From positions 62,001-126,000 of the forward strand of contig OZ361261.1 in NCBI GenBank assembly GCA_977018835.1: DNA of 64,000 nucleotides, in the 5' to 3' direction. Below the pieces are notes generated by a model. The model was not told where the DNA came from. It saw only the letters and a list, made by a program, of their open reading frames with translations, and made no database searches. How positions within the stretch are numbered: position 1 is the stretch's first letter; each line of letters begins with the position of its first letter. Origin of the DNA: Minutocellus sp. GHC0000111 (Eukaryota). Both the position numbers and the translations under genes were made by a program. Below are positions 22,251 to 34,196 of the stretch, in pieces.

Positions 22251-23341
22251 ACTCACCCATTTATCTCCCAGACCAAAAAGTCCCTTTGTCGGGTTGATTG
22301 TTGCATAAACTTATCCCAATGCTATCTGTCTCTCCTCGGGCGCAAAATCATTGTCGGAGCTCCGGGAGGTCGAGTGGGGGGATGCCAGTCTTCGTGTTTC
22401 TTCTTCTTCAAACCCAAGATGCCCGCAGTGTACATGACGGCGCCGTACATGATGGGACTGCATCCCAACAAATTCATCAAGGAGTCGTTGTTGCCGATGA
22501 AATTGTAGTAATGAAGTTCCTTTCTGCGAAGACGGACGAGCAGTTCAGCCAGGGCGTCCTGCACCGCAACTCTGTCTGCGGTGTTGACCGCGGGATTGCG
22601 GCCGTTATTTTTTTGCTCATGGAGAACTATGGATCGAGACCAACGGGAACATCACCAGGATGTCGGGAGCACCTGGTTGGTCTCGTGCCGTAATTCTCCC
22701 ACACCAGCGCGAGATGTCGCGCCTTCGTTCTGCACGCAGCGGCGGCAATTTGATTTTTTGCCGCCATGGTGGCTCGCGTTGGGCGCGCCGGTCGGTTGCT
22801 TCGCGCGCCGGCCGGCCACCGAAAGTGCGACCAAAAGTATGCGAGTCATCCGGCTGGCAGATGGTGCTGTGCCGACTGCACCGCCGGCGCCGTCCGTCTG
22901 TCCAGCATGTACACTCCTCATTGACTAAAACAGTTTGTATTTTAAAATCAGGAGAGTGAGCAAGACGGCAAGCACAAAAAGGGACAAAATGGGGCTGATG
23001 GTGATCCGAAGGAGCTGCTGCACCAAACTGCCACGACGGCACGTCACGGCCACCTGACTCATCATCAGAGAATATCCACGCGCCATACAGTAACAGCCCG
23101 CCAGGAAGTCACACGTGACATGGCCACATTTGCTCACTGTGCGTGCGCAATTGTTACTTAATTAAGAGGAAATCCTCTACAATTTCATTGTGCCCTCAGA
23201 GTGCGCAAGCAATTCGGCATCGAGCAAAATCAAGGGGAGACTCGTGACTTGACTCCATACACGATGTGTCAACACAAAGTAACTTATTCGCCTGAAAAGA
23301 GCAATAAGCAGGTCCGAATGAAGCCACGCAGAGCATGTAGC

Positions 23342-23472
23342 GTCAAAGCCAAGTGGTACCACGCCATGTTTGTCCTCGGGGGCATCAGCCTCCTCATTTG
23401 TCTCCTCCAAATCCTTCTTCCACCGCCGTTCGGCATGCGACAATCGTCTGCCGAGGTCGCCGAGCAGCCATT
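23342..23472 (+). pseudogene. Inverted duplicate fragment of the NOX gene
   Basis: Identical to the reverse complement of 19785-19915; homology stops abruptly after EQP. Confidence 0.85.
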
Positions 23473-26400
23473 GTGTTCTTGTTGCCGGTACTGCCACGCT
23501 GTTGTGGCCAGCAGAAAGGGCTGAAAGAAATGTGATTCATTCTTGCAGCTTACATGTAGCTATCAGCAAGGCATGACCATCTCAATCACGGACATCAGCC
23601 TCCTCCATCGCAATCACGGATGTCGGCCGAATGGAAGGGGCATATTTTTGTGATGCGTTTTGATCAAAAGAGCCTCTAGCTAGCTAGAGCTAGTCTTGCT
23701 TTCTCTGCCATGTGACATCTTGCTTTCCGGCATATCATATGCCCTTGGCTACTCTGAACGTCGAAGCAAGACGTCACTCGACATCTTGCTTTCGAATGAC
23801 GAAAGGTTCGCAGCAGAAAAAAGGTTCGCACTGCAGCAACCGCCATAAGAGTTCCCGCCAACATCTATGCCCCAGTCTTGCTTCGACATTCCCTGGAGCA
23901 TTTCAGCATTTCTCACCGCAGAAAGCCATCATAAGAATTGCCGCCAACATCTGTGCCCCGGTCTTGCTTCAACATTCCCTTCAGCATTTCTCGATGCATG
24001 CCGCGCCTCTAATTGAAGCCATTTTGGCCCTCACAAGCAAGCTTCGGCATCATTCACGGTTCACCCGTGACTGTGATACTCTGGTAGGCCTAGATACATG
24101 CCCCTAAACGTAGTAAGTACCCTATAGGCAACACTGAGTGTTGCCAGGCTCACCGTGACGCACGCCATGGCTGTTGCTCACCATGTCCTTATCGCAAGCC
24201 TAGCTTCTGCTCTAAAATAGATGAAAATATTTTCATGTCTGGATGTTTTTGCAATATTGGCCGGCTCGCAAGGCGAAAGCTGGCAACAACCAAAATTCTT
24301 TAGCATGCTTGGGACCTGTTTCATGCAACACAGGAAACAGCGGGACAGAGAGCTAAGGAGCATTGATTGTTGCGAAGTGTAAGCAAGCGAGCTGGGCCCA
24401 TCAGTTGAGTCCGTTCCAAACCGCAAGATACCGGCTTCAACGGTTCTTCCGTCTTTTCGATCCGTCTTTTTTCACGAACACGAGAGATACGAGAGATAAA
24501 AGCACCAATGGCTTGCTTGTTCTCCCGCGACTACAAGCGGCCGAGGCAGCCAAGGAGGCCGCTATAATAGCAACCAGCAATACTAGTAGCGCAGGATGTG
24601 GCGGCAGCGACAGTTCTGGATCGCCATCTCGTCGCCCCGCCGCGATCGATCGGCCTGTCCAAACTGCGCGTGGAGTTTGTGCTCGCTCATCACCATCTCG
24701 GAGCAGCCAATCTTGCCCGTGTCGACAGCACCAACCAAGCCAGCAGATTGGATCAATAGGCACATGGCTGTGACCGCCGTATTTTGTTTGCGTAAGCCCT
24801 CCGAGATCTCCGCTGAATTCCTGTCGTAGCAGAATCGCGAGAGCTATTTCTCTCGCAGATCGTCAGTCTCCTTCCCCACGAAAAAAATTCCACGATTCTT
24901 CCAACCTTTGGCATGGGTTATCTCGACAGCCAGAGCTCGGATCGCTAGGCCCGGCACTCCGACGTGACCGCCATCATCAAACTATGCAGTCAGTAGCTTG
25001 GAACTGCTGAATTCCATCGTAAGCTTGAATGGCAGCACATTCTCTTCCAAATCAATACGAAGTTCCACGAAACTGAAACACTGCCGGCATCCGACCTTTC
25101 TACCAGCTCTCTGGTATCCCACAGAGACCAAACACCCTGCCCTCCACCGCAACTGAACCCCTACATATATCACACATCTAATTTGGTCGGTAGAAGCGAA
25201 ATATGCATATTGCATCGGCCGTATTCTTTTGGCATGCATGTTTTGAGGATTCGGTCCCTGCTGCAATCAATTGTTCCCAATCTTTGACGGCCCGAAAGAC
25301 AACCAAGAAATGATCTGTTGATGTTGCTACCACCTCCGTTGCACTCGAAATCATTTGAACTTATATGAGCTTACTTTTCATTGTCATCGGGCACTTCTTG
25401 AAGATAATATACGCATTACTCCTTGACCTCAACGATTTCCCAGGCCCAATTTGTGTCATCACCCCAACTTCAAGATATTTTGACAGCCCGGGGACATCCA
25501 ACAATAGAGCATGCTATTCAATAACACCAATATAACTATATCTGATTATACTATAGATGTACCTCTACTCTTGTATCTTTGTGCTGCTTTAGTAATACAA
25601 TGCATGTGCGTGTCCTTTTGCTCCATTTTCAGATTTGGTTAAAAAATTGAATTGTTTGCCATTTTAGAACAACTATCTAGAGTGATCCCAAAGAAGGCTA
25701 TAAATGACAAGCTACATACCTCTTATATATAGTATTAGTGGGAGGTTGCAATGGCTGGGAGCAGGGGGTTGGCATCAAGATATGTTTATATTTTGTGCCG
25801 AAGATGGGTGGTGGGACTTGCTGTTTCAGACTTCACAGATTTTTTTAAGGTCTTTTGATGTGCCTACCAATGACCTTTTTCTGTTTGTTGCCAGGGGTAG
25901 GCTATTTCCTACGAGGTCGCGGACAGCAGTTTCAGGGACCCGGTTTTCGGGTCTTCGGGCAAAATCTCATAAAATTCAGCACAAACGCACGCAGCAAGCA
26001 GCATTTATTTGCTATCGTCCTGTCTTCAAGATGGCGGTGACGGCAGTGCCGACGGCATCCGCTTCACGCAAGCAAGGGATAAGCGTGGTGTCTCCAGAAC
26101 GGGTTGGTCCTTGACCTTGGACCGACTCGGAGATGTCGATTTCATCTTCCCATGCCAGCGTCTGGCCGATTCACCCCCCCCCCCATCCATCGCCCCTCTC
26201 CCGACTTCTGCCAGTTTTTCCGATGACAACCGGTCACCTCCTCCACCTCCCGACCCCACCACCACCTCCCAAATGCATTGATTCAAGTAGCCACATGGTT
26301 TGAGCTCCGATGTCGGTCTCCATGGTCCCCACAATGGCGGCGTGTCTTGTGCGCGGTCCGGGTGACCCCGCGCCAAAATCGAGCGGGCCAAAAAAATCAT

Positions 26401-27123
26401 CACCCGCCCGGCGCGCCCGCCACTCAATGAAACCTTCCTCATTTCCAACCCACCCGACACACAAACTGTTGCTCTGCTGCCACAAAACACTGCATGTCCA
26501 ACACCATGTTAATGCAAATGGCTGTTGCCACTGCTGCCACCGCAGCTGATGCGCCAGCATGTCGCCGCTCCCGTCGGTCCGGCAGCTCCATCCCATGCTT
26601 TGATTGTTTTGTCCATCGGAGCGGCACCATCGATGCCTCTACGATTCGTGGCAAAAGTCTCCTGGGATGATCCAGACCACAGCGAACCGGGCATGGGCGG
26701 GCCTCTCACTTCATTCAGAAACAGCAGGATGTCATGGAGCAAGCCCGAGAGGAGGAGCTGTGCTGTCCGAGCCAGACCGGTCCTGATCCGGCACAAGATG
26801 TGCCGATTTCTCAAATTCAAATTGCTCGGCACAATTCGTCATCCAACAACGCCGATGCCAGCCCTGAGCCGACGGTCGAGGACAATGCTGGTGGTGTCGC
26901 TGCTCGTCCTGGTGATGATGATGTCGAAGCTGGGGGCATCGCCGAGTCCATGGTGGTGGATGGAAGCGGCAACAGTGAAGAATCTGGCAATCCTGCCAGT
27001 GTCGGTGTTTCTGCTACCGGCACCGTGGATCGACCGAGGAGAATTTGGATGTGCTGCTGGTTGAGGCCGAAGCGCAACACAAAGCTGCAGAGGAGGCTTT
27101 GAAAGGGGGCTAAGGGACACACC

Positions 27124-28202
27124 TTGAAACGAGAAAAGCGGAAGGATGAAAAGGCCATGGCCGATGCCGAGAAGAAAAGGAACAAAAAGAAGGATGAGAA
27201 CGGCAATTTACCGAATGGAAAGAAGCGAGTTCTCCTCGTGCATTGCGATGAGAAATGGTTCTGGGGTCTCGTCCTCCGAGCTTTTGCGAAGGCTTGCGAG
27301 GGGAAATCGGCGTGAAAAAGCGAGATTACGCGGCCTTTCACAGGAGCCACATCAACAAGGTCATGGCCATTGCATTTGTTGCCGCAGTCTTTGACGGCTC
27401 TCTTGAGAGTGGGTGCGAGGTTGTAAAACTGCCACTGGCACACGAGCTCAAGCTCCTAAAATAGCGGAGCGAGCTCAGTGCGAAGCAGCATCACAGCCTG
27501 ATGGTTCAACACGGTGCCCAAACACCAACCCCGATGGGACACCAAAGGAACCTCTTCGCCGGAAAGGAGAGTCGTTTCTTGTTGATTGTTGCGTTGCTGG
27601 ATCGAACGAAGGCAGGCACCAAAAAGGATCCGAAATGCTCTTTGCTCCTCGTGTTCAAGGAGACCATTTTCCCAGCGATTCTCAACCTTGTCGGTCCGGG
27701 CAAGCAACACGAAGATTGCCATGTTATTATCCAGGGCGACCAGGCCGGGCCTCACGAGGACGGAACCTTCACGCAATTTGTTACTAACTTCTGTGCTGAG
27801 GAAGGCTGGACGTGGCAGCCACAGGCACCGCAGATGCCTCACGCCAACGTCCTTGACTTGAGCGTGTTCCCCGCGATGAGCCGGCGGCACTCGGAATGGG
27901 CACGAAAAATGGCAGGCACCTCCGTCATTTCCACCGACCAGATCTGGGACACTGCCGAGGACGTTTACGACAGCATGCCTAACTGCAAAATTGCTTCGGC
28001 CTTCATTCAGCACTGGAGGACAATGGGCCTGGTGATTAAGGCCGGTGGTAGCAATGAGTTTGTTGGAAGGTTGGGTGACGAAAACTTGCACACTGGAATT
28101 ATGATCGACTTCAACGAAACGGCCAAGGGGATGGAGCCCTCAGCTCGTCATCCTTCTAATAAACAGATAGTGTTAATGTCTTTACACATGTGTATTAAAT
28201 AA
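27124..28202 (+). pseudogene. Mariner transposase catalytic domain (element B), frameshifted
   Basis: DEKWF, HRSHINKVM, LVDCCV, GDQAGPH and NVLDLS are spread over three frames; 38 residues separate the second and third Asp. Confidence 0.88.
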
Positions 28203-28263
28203 ATGTTACACGTCTACAAACCACTTATAGATCTACATGTAAGATGCAGCAGCATTGGTTTGT

Positions 28264-29347
28264 TTATGTCACGGTGGGCTTCTTTGTTCTTCTATTTCTA
28301 CCGGTGTTCTTTTTTGCCTCCTTGGCCTTCTTGTGATCATTAGAAAGCCACACAGCGCGGAGGGACTGACGAATCTTTCCGCGCTTCACACCATATGCAT
28401 CGGCAAGTTTATTGTCAGTGAGGGCAGGGTGAGCAGTTGGTTGTTTACTCCCATCCTCACATCCCAACTTATATGCATCTAATGCAATCTTGTCAGTAGA
28501 TAATGCAATAGAGAATTCTATTGTCTTGTTATCATGCAATCCGAGTTCTCTGCTTCTCCACCCTTTCGGGTAGGCACCACGACCCTCTCTTACTTGGCGA
28601 TCGACTTCGATCATGCCTAGCACTGTGGTGACCGCGACCTCGCTGCCCCAACCAGGAACTTGTTTGAAGGGGAGGTAGACCCCTTTCTCTTTTCTTCTTG
28701 GTTCGGGCCTCTGACTACATGTGGGTGACTTGTAGTTCTTTATATCTTGTGGTAGTGGTGCTTCTCCGTGCGTCAAAAAGCACGCAAGCCTCCGATGTTC
28801 CTCAACCTCTCGTTCAATCTGTCGTTCGGTTGGTTCGGTTGGAGGCAAGGGCTCCAAGATGGCAGGGGATGACAATTGAAGGTTGCTGAACGACGGGCAT
28901 GAGCGGCTTGGGGTAAGAGCACACTGAGCATGAACTGACATTGGACTTGTTACCATGGGCGTCGGCGGTTGCCATGCTCATCTCTGAGAATGAATCATCT
29001 TCATCAGAATGAGATGAAACGGTAGCGGCACCGCGAAAGTCGGCACGCAATGTGTCATGATGCAAGTGCTTCCTTGCTTGGGCTTGTTCGGCGGCGAAGC
29101 CATCCTCTTCGTTGCACTCGCGTCGATGTTTCAACACACGAGGAGATGTGAGGTCTGACGATGCCGGTGGGACCCCTTGGTTGTCCTCCTCGTCATCGTT
29201 GTCCTTGTTCTCTCGATGCCGCGGATGTTCCGGCGTTTCGTTGGAAGTTTCCTTCTCATGGCGCGAGGGGCTGAATGCAGTCGCCTCGGCGCGTTTCGGT
29301 GGACGCGGTGGACTGAAGATGTGTCCCTTTGGAGCATCCATGAGCAT
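28264..29347 (-). CDS. Second ORF of element B: disordered N-terminus plus HTH-like domain homologous to the transposase N-terminal region
   Basis: KGWRSRELGL...KLADAYGVKR aligns by eye with RGWRADSMGL...NLAHAYGVER in the transposase at 29548..30792. Two overlapping ORFs indicate a frameshift or intron. Confidence 0.6.
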
Positions 29348-29569
29348 GGAAGCTTCTTGAAGCGCCAGTCGGCAGAAGTTGCCCAGTCTATTTGTGGTAA
29401 TTGCTTGGAGGTCGGTTGTTGACGGATGTGTTTTGATTTGCTTGCCGCGTGTTTTTCAAGGTGCGCGCAAACCGCCGTGTCGGAAAGTCCAAAGACCCCA
29501 AAAAACCGGGTCCCCGAAATTGCTGTCCCGGACCTCGTAGCTAGGGCCTACGTAGCTACTACGTAGCTT

Positions 29570-32049
29570 CCGACGTACCCATGGAACCACTTTTCATCGT
29601 AATGCACAAGAATAGTAGGCTCGGCTTCTCTCCCCCAGCCATTGAGGAAATGCTTCGCAAATCGGACATGCTCGGCCATCTGAGCTGTTGTAAGCAAAGG
29701 CAATGTTGCTTCTGCACCGCCGCATGTAGCTCCACAATGCGAAGTAGTAAACCACCGATCAATCGTCCTTGCACTGCACCAACCGTCAATGTCATCTGCA
29801 ACATCCTGCCAACTTTTGGACTGATCCTTGAGAAGCATTGCAACAATCTCATCTCGAATTCCAGGCTGTCTAGCGATGTCCGACCGAGAAAGAAAGTTGA
29901 ATGGCTCTTTGTTGTCGTCGGCGGTAAGGCATTGGAACTCTTCGCGCGCCATCTTCCTTATGTCTCCCTGCGCAGATGAATCCAAGAGGTAGCAATTCTC
30001 AGCGGCCTCCGCCGATGCCTTCTGTAGCAAATGCTCTCCATAAAAATATGCTGGAGTGTGCATCGAGCGCGCATGATCATAGTCTTCGATCACAGAAAGA
30101 AATTTGACCCTCTTCGCTCCGGGCTCCTCCCCTCTTTCCTTTCTCTTTCGCTTCTTGCTTTCCTTCTTCGCCTCTGCTCTTCGCTCGGCCTTCTGTGGCA
30201 TCATGAGGCAATCGTACGCATCTTTGGGGTGGTGCCGCTCAACTCCATATGCGTGGGCGAGATTCACTATTGCGAGGGGATCTTTCGTCGCTGGAAGGGT
30301 TGCCATTCCAAGGGTCTTGCGCATGGCAGCAGCAGATGCCACAGCACCATAGTCCACAGCAATTGCAGTGTCAAAATCAGGGTCGTCCCTTGATAGGCCC
30401 ATGCTATCAGCTCTCCATCCTCTGCAAAGATTCATTCCACCATTCTTTTTCATGAGCTCAGTTACAATCTGACCTCCGTCTTTCCGGCACTGCCGTTTCG
30501 CCGGCGGACTAGAGGCCGTTCCCCCATCGTCTTTGTCATCTCCTAATGCATCTTGGCGAGTCCTTTTGATAGCTGCACGAGCTGGGGGGTTGTGGATGAT
30601 TGGAGCAGAAGATGTGGCTGATCGAATTCGAGTGAGGCGGAAAAGGGGAACATCATGCTCAAATTTCTGGGCTGCGATGGCGTCATGCTGCACATCCACC
30701 GTCAGCTTCCCACCGGAGCCTTTCACATCGGTAACGATTCCATCACCGCCGGGAGAATTCTTGTATGGGCTGTAGTCTGATGAAACCCTCACGGTATCGC
30801 CTTTTTGGAGAGGAGGGGTTTGCCCGACACATAGTTGCTCGTCTTCTTCCCCTTCGGCGGCGTAGTGATGGAAGTGACGGCACCTCTTTGTTTTGCATGC
30901 TCCTTCCTTTCATATTCAAGGCATGTGCGCTTATTCTCGCGCTCTTTCTCCGCCGCGAACTGCGCCTTCTTGGCCCCGCCTTCTTCGCAATGTCTTCGGC
31001 TGCCTTCGCTTTCTCGGCATCCAATTGTTGGGATCGCTGCACTTGCGCCGGTGCTGGCGACGACGATGGATGAGAGGACGTATCAGTCGATGTACCAGTC
31101 GGCAGAGAAGGCGGAGAACGAGCAGGAGACACAATGGCCGGGCGAGTCGATGGCGTTCGAGTCACGTTCGACGAGGGTGAGGTATTGGCATTATTTGATT
31201 GCGATGCGGCCCGTGCAGACGTTGTTGGACGGCGGGATGAACGAGCGTTGTTGGAGGCTGCTGGCGACCGAAAATACGTAGGAGGCCATGGGAGGAGATC
31301 ACCCCTGGATAAATGCATGTCTGCAAGGTTTTTGTCGCTGAGATTGGTCGTGTTGTTTATATCGGCCACGAAGCATTTGTGGCAGCGCAAGTTTGCGTTC
31401 TCTTTGCCGATCTTTGGAAGTGCTGCACTTGACAGCAGTGGTGGAACGATGCGCCACATTTTGTGCACCGATCATTGGCGGGAGGGCCGGCCGAGCCAGG
31501 GATAGCCAACGCGCAAGCGCCAATTTGAGAATAACTGCAGGAGTTTGGCATAAATGGGAGGAGGGGCAAGCGGTATCGTTTCGTTCTCGTTCTTTATGCT
31601 TGGATGGTCGGACGATGATTGGCTGATGAACATCGAAAATCTTCAGAGCCGTATAAAAGTTTTACTGTGTCAGAGAGACTTGGGCGGGAATGTGTCGATT
31701 TGGAGGGCGATCCCGACGCCGCCGGATTCGCAAGGAGCGCGATCGATGAAGAAGGCGGCGAACATCACACGTTGCTCAACATATCTTGAACTAATCGATG
31801 AGGGAAAGTCCGATCGGTTGGACAACATTTCGTGATAAACGACCATGCAAAGCAACGACCTTTCGCCATGAAGAGAGAGGCAAACGAGACGGGCAAGCAA
31901 AAAAACGGTCAAAGACGCCCAAAATGTGCTAAATTAAGTGTAGTGGAGAGCCGGCCATGCCAGTAAAAGACATTTTCCCGCTCTCTCTTGTCACTCCTGT
32001 TTTTTCGCGAAAATTTCTCGCTGGCGTCGCCAGATCGACACGCACTTGG
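29570..32049 (-). mobile_element. Tc1/mariner element C, truncated just after the first catalytic Asp
   Basis: Transposase from ATG 31551 (finger, linker, RQPGIRDEIV...WCSARTIDRW...LVHYDEKWF) stops at about 29570 next to element B. Likely terminus TA|CCAAGTGCG at 32049, with a nearby gcgagaaat motif shared with the element A TIR. Confidence 0.72.
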
Positions 32050-32269
32050 TAGTACTCTGCTAGATACATGCCCCTAGCTACATGTACGAGGTCAGATTCG
32101 CGAGAAATCGAGCGCCCGGTTTTTGACTGCTTTCGAGGGGATTGAAAAGCGCCTCGAAGAATAGTCATGCTGAAATATTTAAGAAAATGGCTATTTTTAC
32201 TCTAATTTTGATTTATCTTCTCATGTGAAACAATAATTCGGATAAGATTTTAGATTTCAGCGGCTCTAA

Positions 32270-32790
32270 TCAAATGGACGCGTTCGTGCGACGCGACGGT
32301 TCGGCCTCCATCTCGTCTTCATCTTGAACGATGGCATGATACTCGCCTCGGATCGGCAGTACGATGCATTCGTCCCGGATCTCGCACCACAGCCAATCCG
32401 GGATGAGCTTGAGCTTCTTTAGCTCCCGCTTCACGCCGTTGAACTTGTAGATGAAGGTAACTGAGGAGTGGAACATCTCGCGGCCTTGTCGTACACCGAT
32501 TCAGTTATTGCCACGACATCATCCATGTCGAGGGGCATGTTCTCGGCCCTTATCGCCCGGCAGACGAGTCGACTGACGACATTGAGGAGCATGTGCTTCT
32601 CAAAATCCTCGGGCCCGTCAATCTTGAGAGTTTTCTCCTGGTCAATGATGATGGCCAAGACAGCGGTGAGCATGTGTTCAATCCATTTGTGTCTCGGGCG
32701 GAAGTCGAAGCTGAGCATTTCGATGACGCGATCGGCATACTTGGACCGGTACGCTGCTTCCCAACGAGTGCCGATGATTCATCTGATTCG
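32270..32790 (-). pseudogene. Passenger/accessory ORF fragment inside element A, unknown function
   Basis: Protein-like frame IIGTRWEAAYRSKYADRVIEMLSFDF...VYDKAA / MFHSSVTFIYKFNGVKRELKKL...NASI* with G/C-ending codon bias and one frameshift near 32478. Confidence 0.5.
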
Positions 32791-32794
32791 GCCG

Positions 32795-34196
32795 CCTTCC
32801 GTTCTGTCATCGACGATCTTGCAACGGCGACCCGGCGGCATGCTGCACCATGTCTCTTTGCAATTGCCAAGTGCAGGGAGCAGGCAAAGGTGGACTGTTC
32901 GGTGCTGTCCAGCGCAGAGCATGGTGCACGATTTTCGGGATGGATGAAGGCGTATGGTGCTCTACCTGCATCTGAGAAGGCGATGTGGGAGATGAAGAGG
33001 AGATCTCATCTGGCTATGCAGCCATACATTCGAGATGTTATTGTTGATGCTCTGATACGAAATCCTCGGGAATCTTGGCGGGAGCTGGAGGTTGATGTCA
33101 ACTTTTGGTGTTCCTACTCGGCAATACGGCGGTGGATAATGTCGCGGGAAGGGTTCCGGTACTATGCCGAAAGGATCATCCCTCTCCTTACTACCCATCA
33201 GATGGAGAAACATATTTGGTATTTGCGCGGAAATTCCGAAACAATTGGGGGCTCGGCGGTGGCAAGTTTCTCCTTATTATGTTGGATGAGAAGTGGTTTT
33301 GGGGCTTGGTTCTTCGATCGCATGCCAAGCAAGTTGCAGAATTGGGTATTGATCCTCGGTCCTTCTCGGCATATCACCGAAATCACATCAACAAGTGCAT
33401 GGTGGTGGCTGTCACTGCCTTGGCTTTTATTGACAGCATTGAGAATGGCGGCATTGCGTTCAAGCTTGGACTTTTTCGGGCTCAGGAGCATGAAATTGCG
33501 AGGCAGATGGCAAGGGAGGCGGTGCGGCAGGCAGATGGTAGAATCAAATATTGCGGCCCGGTGGTTCGGAAGAAAGACGATCTGTGCCTTGTGGATTGCG
33601 CGGTGACTGGATGCAGCCATGGCACCCTTGATAATCCCAAGTTCCCACTGAAAGCTTTATTTGAGAACAAGATGTTTCCGGATGTTGAGGCTTTGGTCGG
33701 ACCTGGTGGAAAGTTTGAAGGCTATGTCCCTATTTTTCAGGGTGACAATGCTGGGCCCCATGCCGAGACTGCTGAATTTGTGGAATATGTGGAAGGATAC
33801 TGTCGGGACAAGGGATGGCGTTGGGAACCTCAGGCCCCGCAAATGCCCCATATGAATGTTCTTGATCTGTCTGTTTTCCCTTGCATGTCAAAGCGGCATA
33901 CAATGTTGAGCCGTGATCGGGAGGGGCTGAAGGTTTTGACAGAAGATCAGACTTGGGATGCAGCGGAGGAAGTTTGGATGGGGCTGGAAAACTGGAAGAT
34001 CGCATCGGCATACATCCAGGCTCATAGAATTGCAAAGAAGGTAATCGTTGCAAAAGGCAACAATGATTTTCTTGGAAACGGTGAAGGCATTCATGTTGGG
34101 GTGCGAAAGGATTTCAGGCCGACTGAAAATGGCATGGTTCGGATAGATGGGAAAATTATCGCTCCTCCTCCTGCTGATCCAACCATGGATAATTAG
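32795..34196 (+). pseudogene. Mariner transposase of element A, 5'-deleted, 2-bp frameshift near 33213
   Basis: FRSVIDD...QPYIRDVIV...LDEKWF...QGDNAGPH...PQAPQMPHMNVLDLSVFP. Confidence 0.9.

Larger units (their letters stand above)
25912..29537 (+). mobile_element. Tc1/mariner element B (plant-mariner-like, DD38D), about 3.6 kb, defective
   Basis: Imperfect TIRs of about 50 bp (cgaggtcgcggacagcagtttcagggacccggtttt / ...ccgggtccccgaaattgctgtcccggacctcg) with TA on both sides (25910-11, 29538-39). Frameshifted transposase VHCDEKWF...QGDQAGPH...QAPQMPHANVLDLSVFP. Confidence 0.9.

Noticed and set aside
23135..23141. CACAGTG heptamer (minus strand) as a Transib/RSS-like terminus
   Set aside because: No matching opposite TIR, nonamer or 5-bp TSD was found, and a 7-mer can occur by chance.
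23857..23992. About 50-bp imperfect direct repeat
   Set aside because: Real, but looks like ordinary local duplication in decayed repeat DNA; no function can be supported.
24119..25899. Element bounded by taccc..tggcaaca-like short inverted ends, with a 9-bp stem hairpin at 24127-24145
   Set aside because: The match is short and gapped, with no recognisable internal coding sequence.
28264..29347. Fanzor/TnpB passenger in the mariner elements
   Set aside because: No RuvC D-E-D motifs or zinc ribbon are seen; the ORF instead resembles the transposase N-terminal region.
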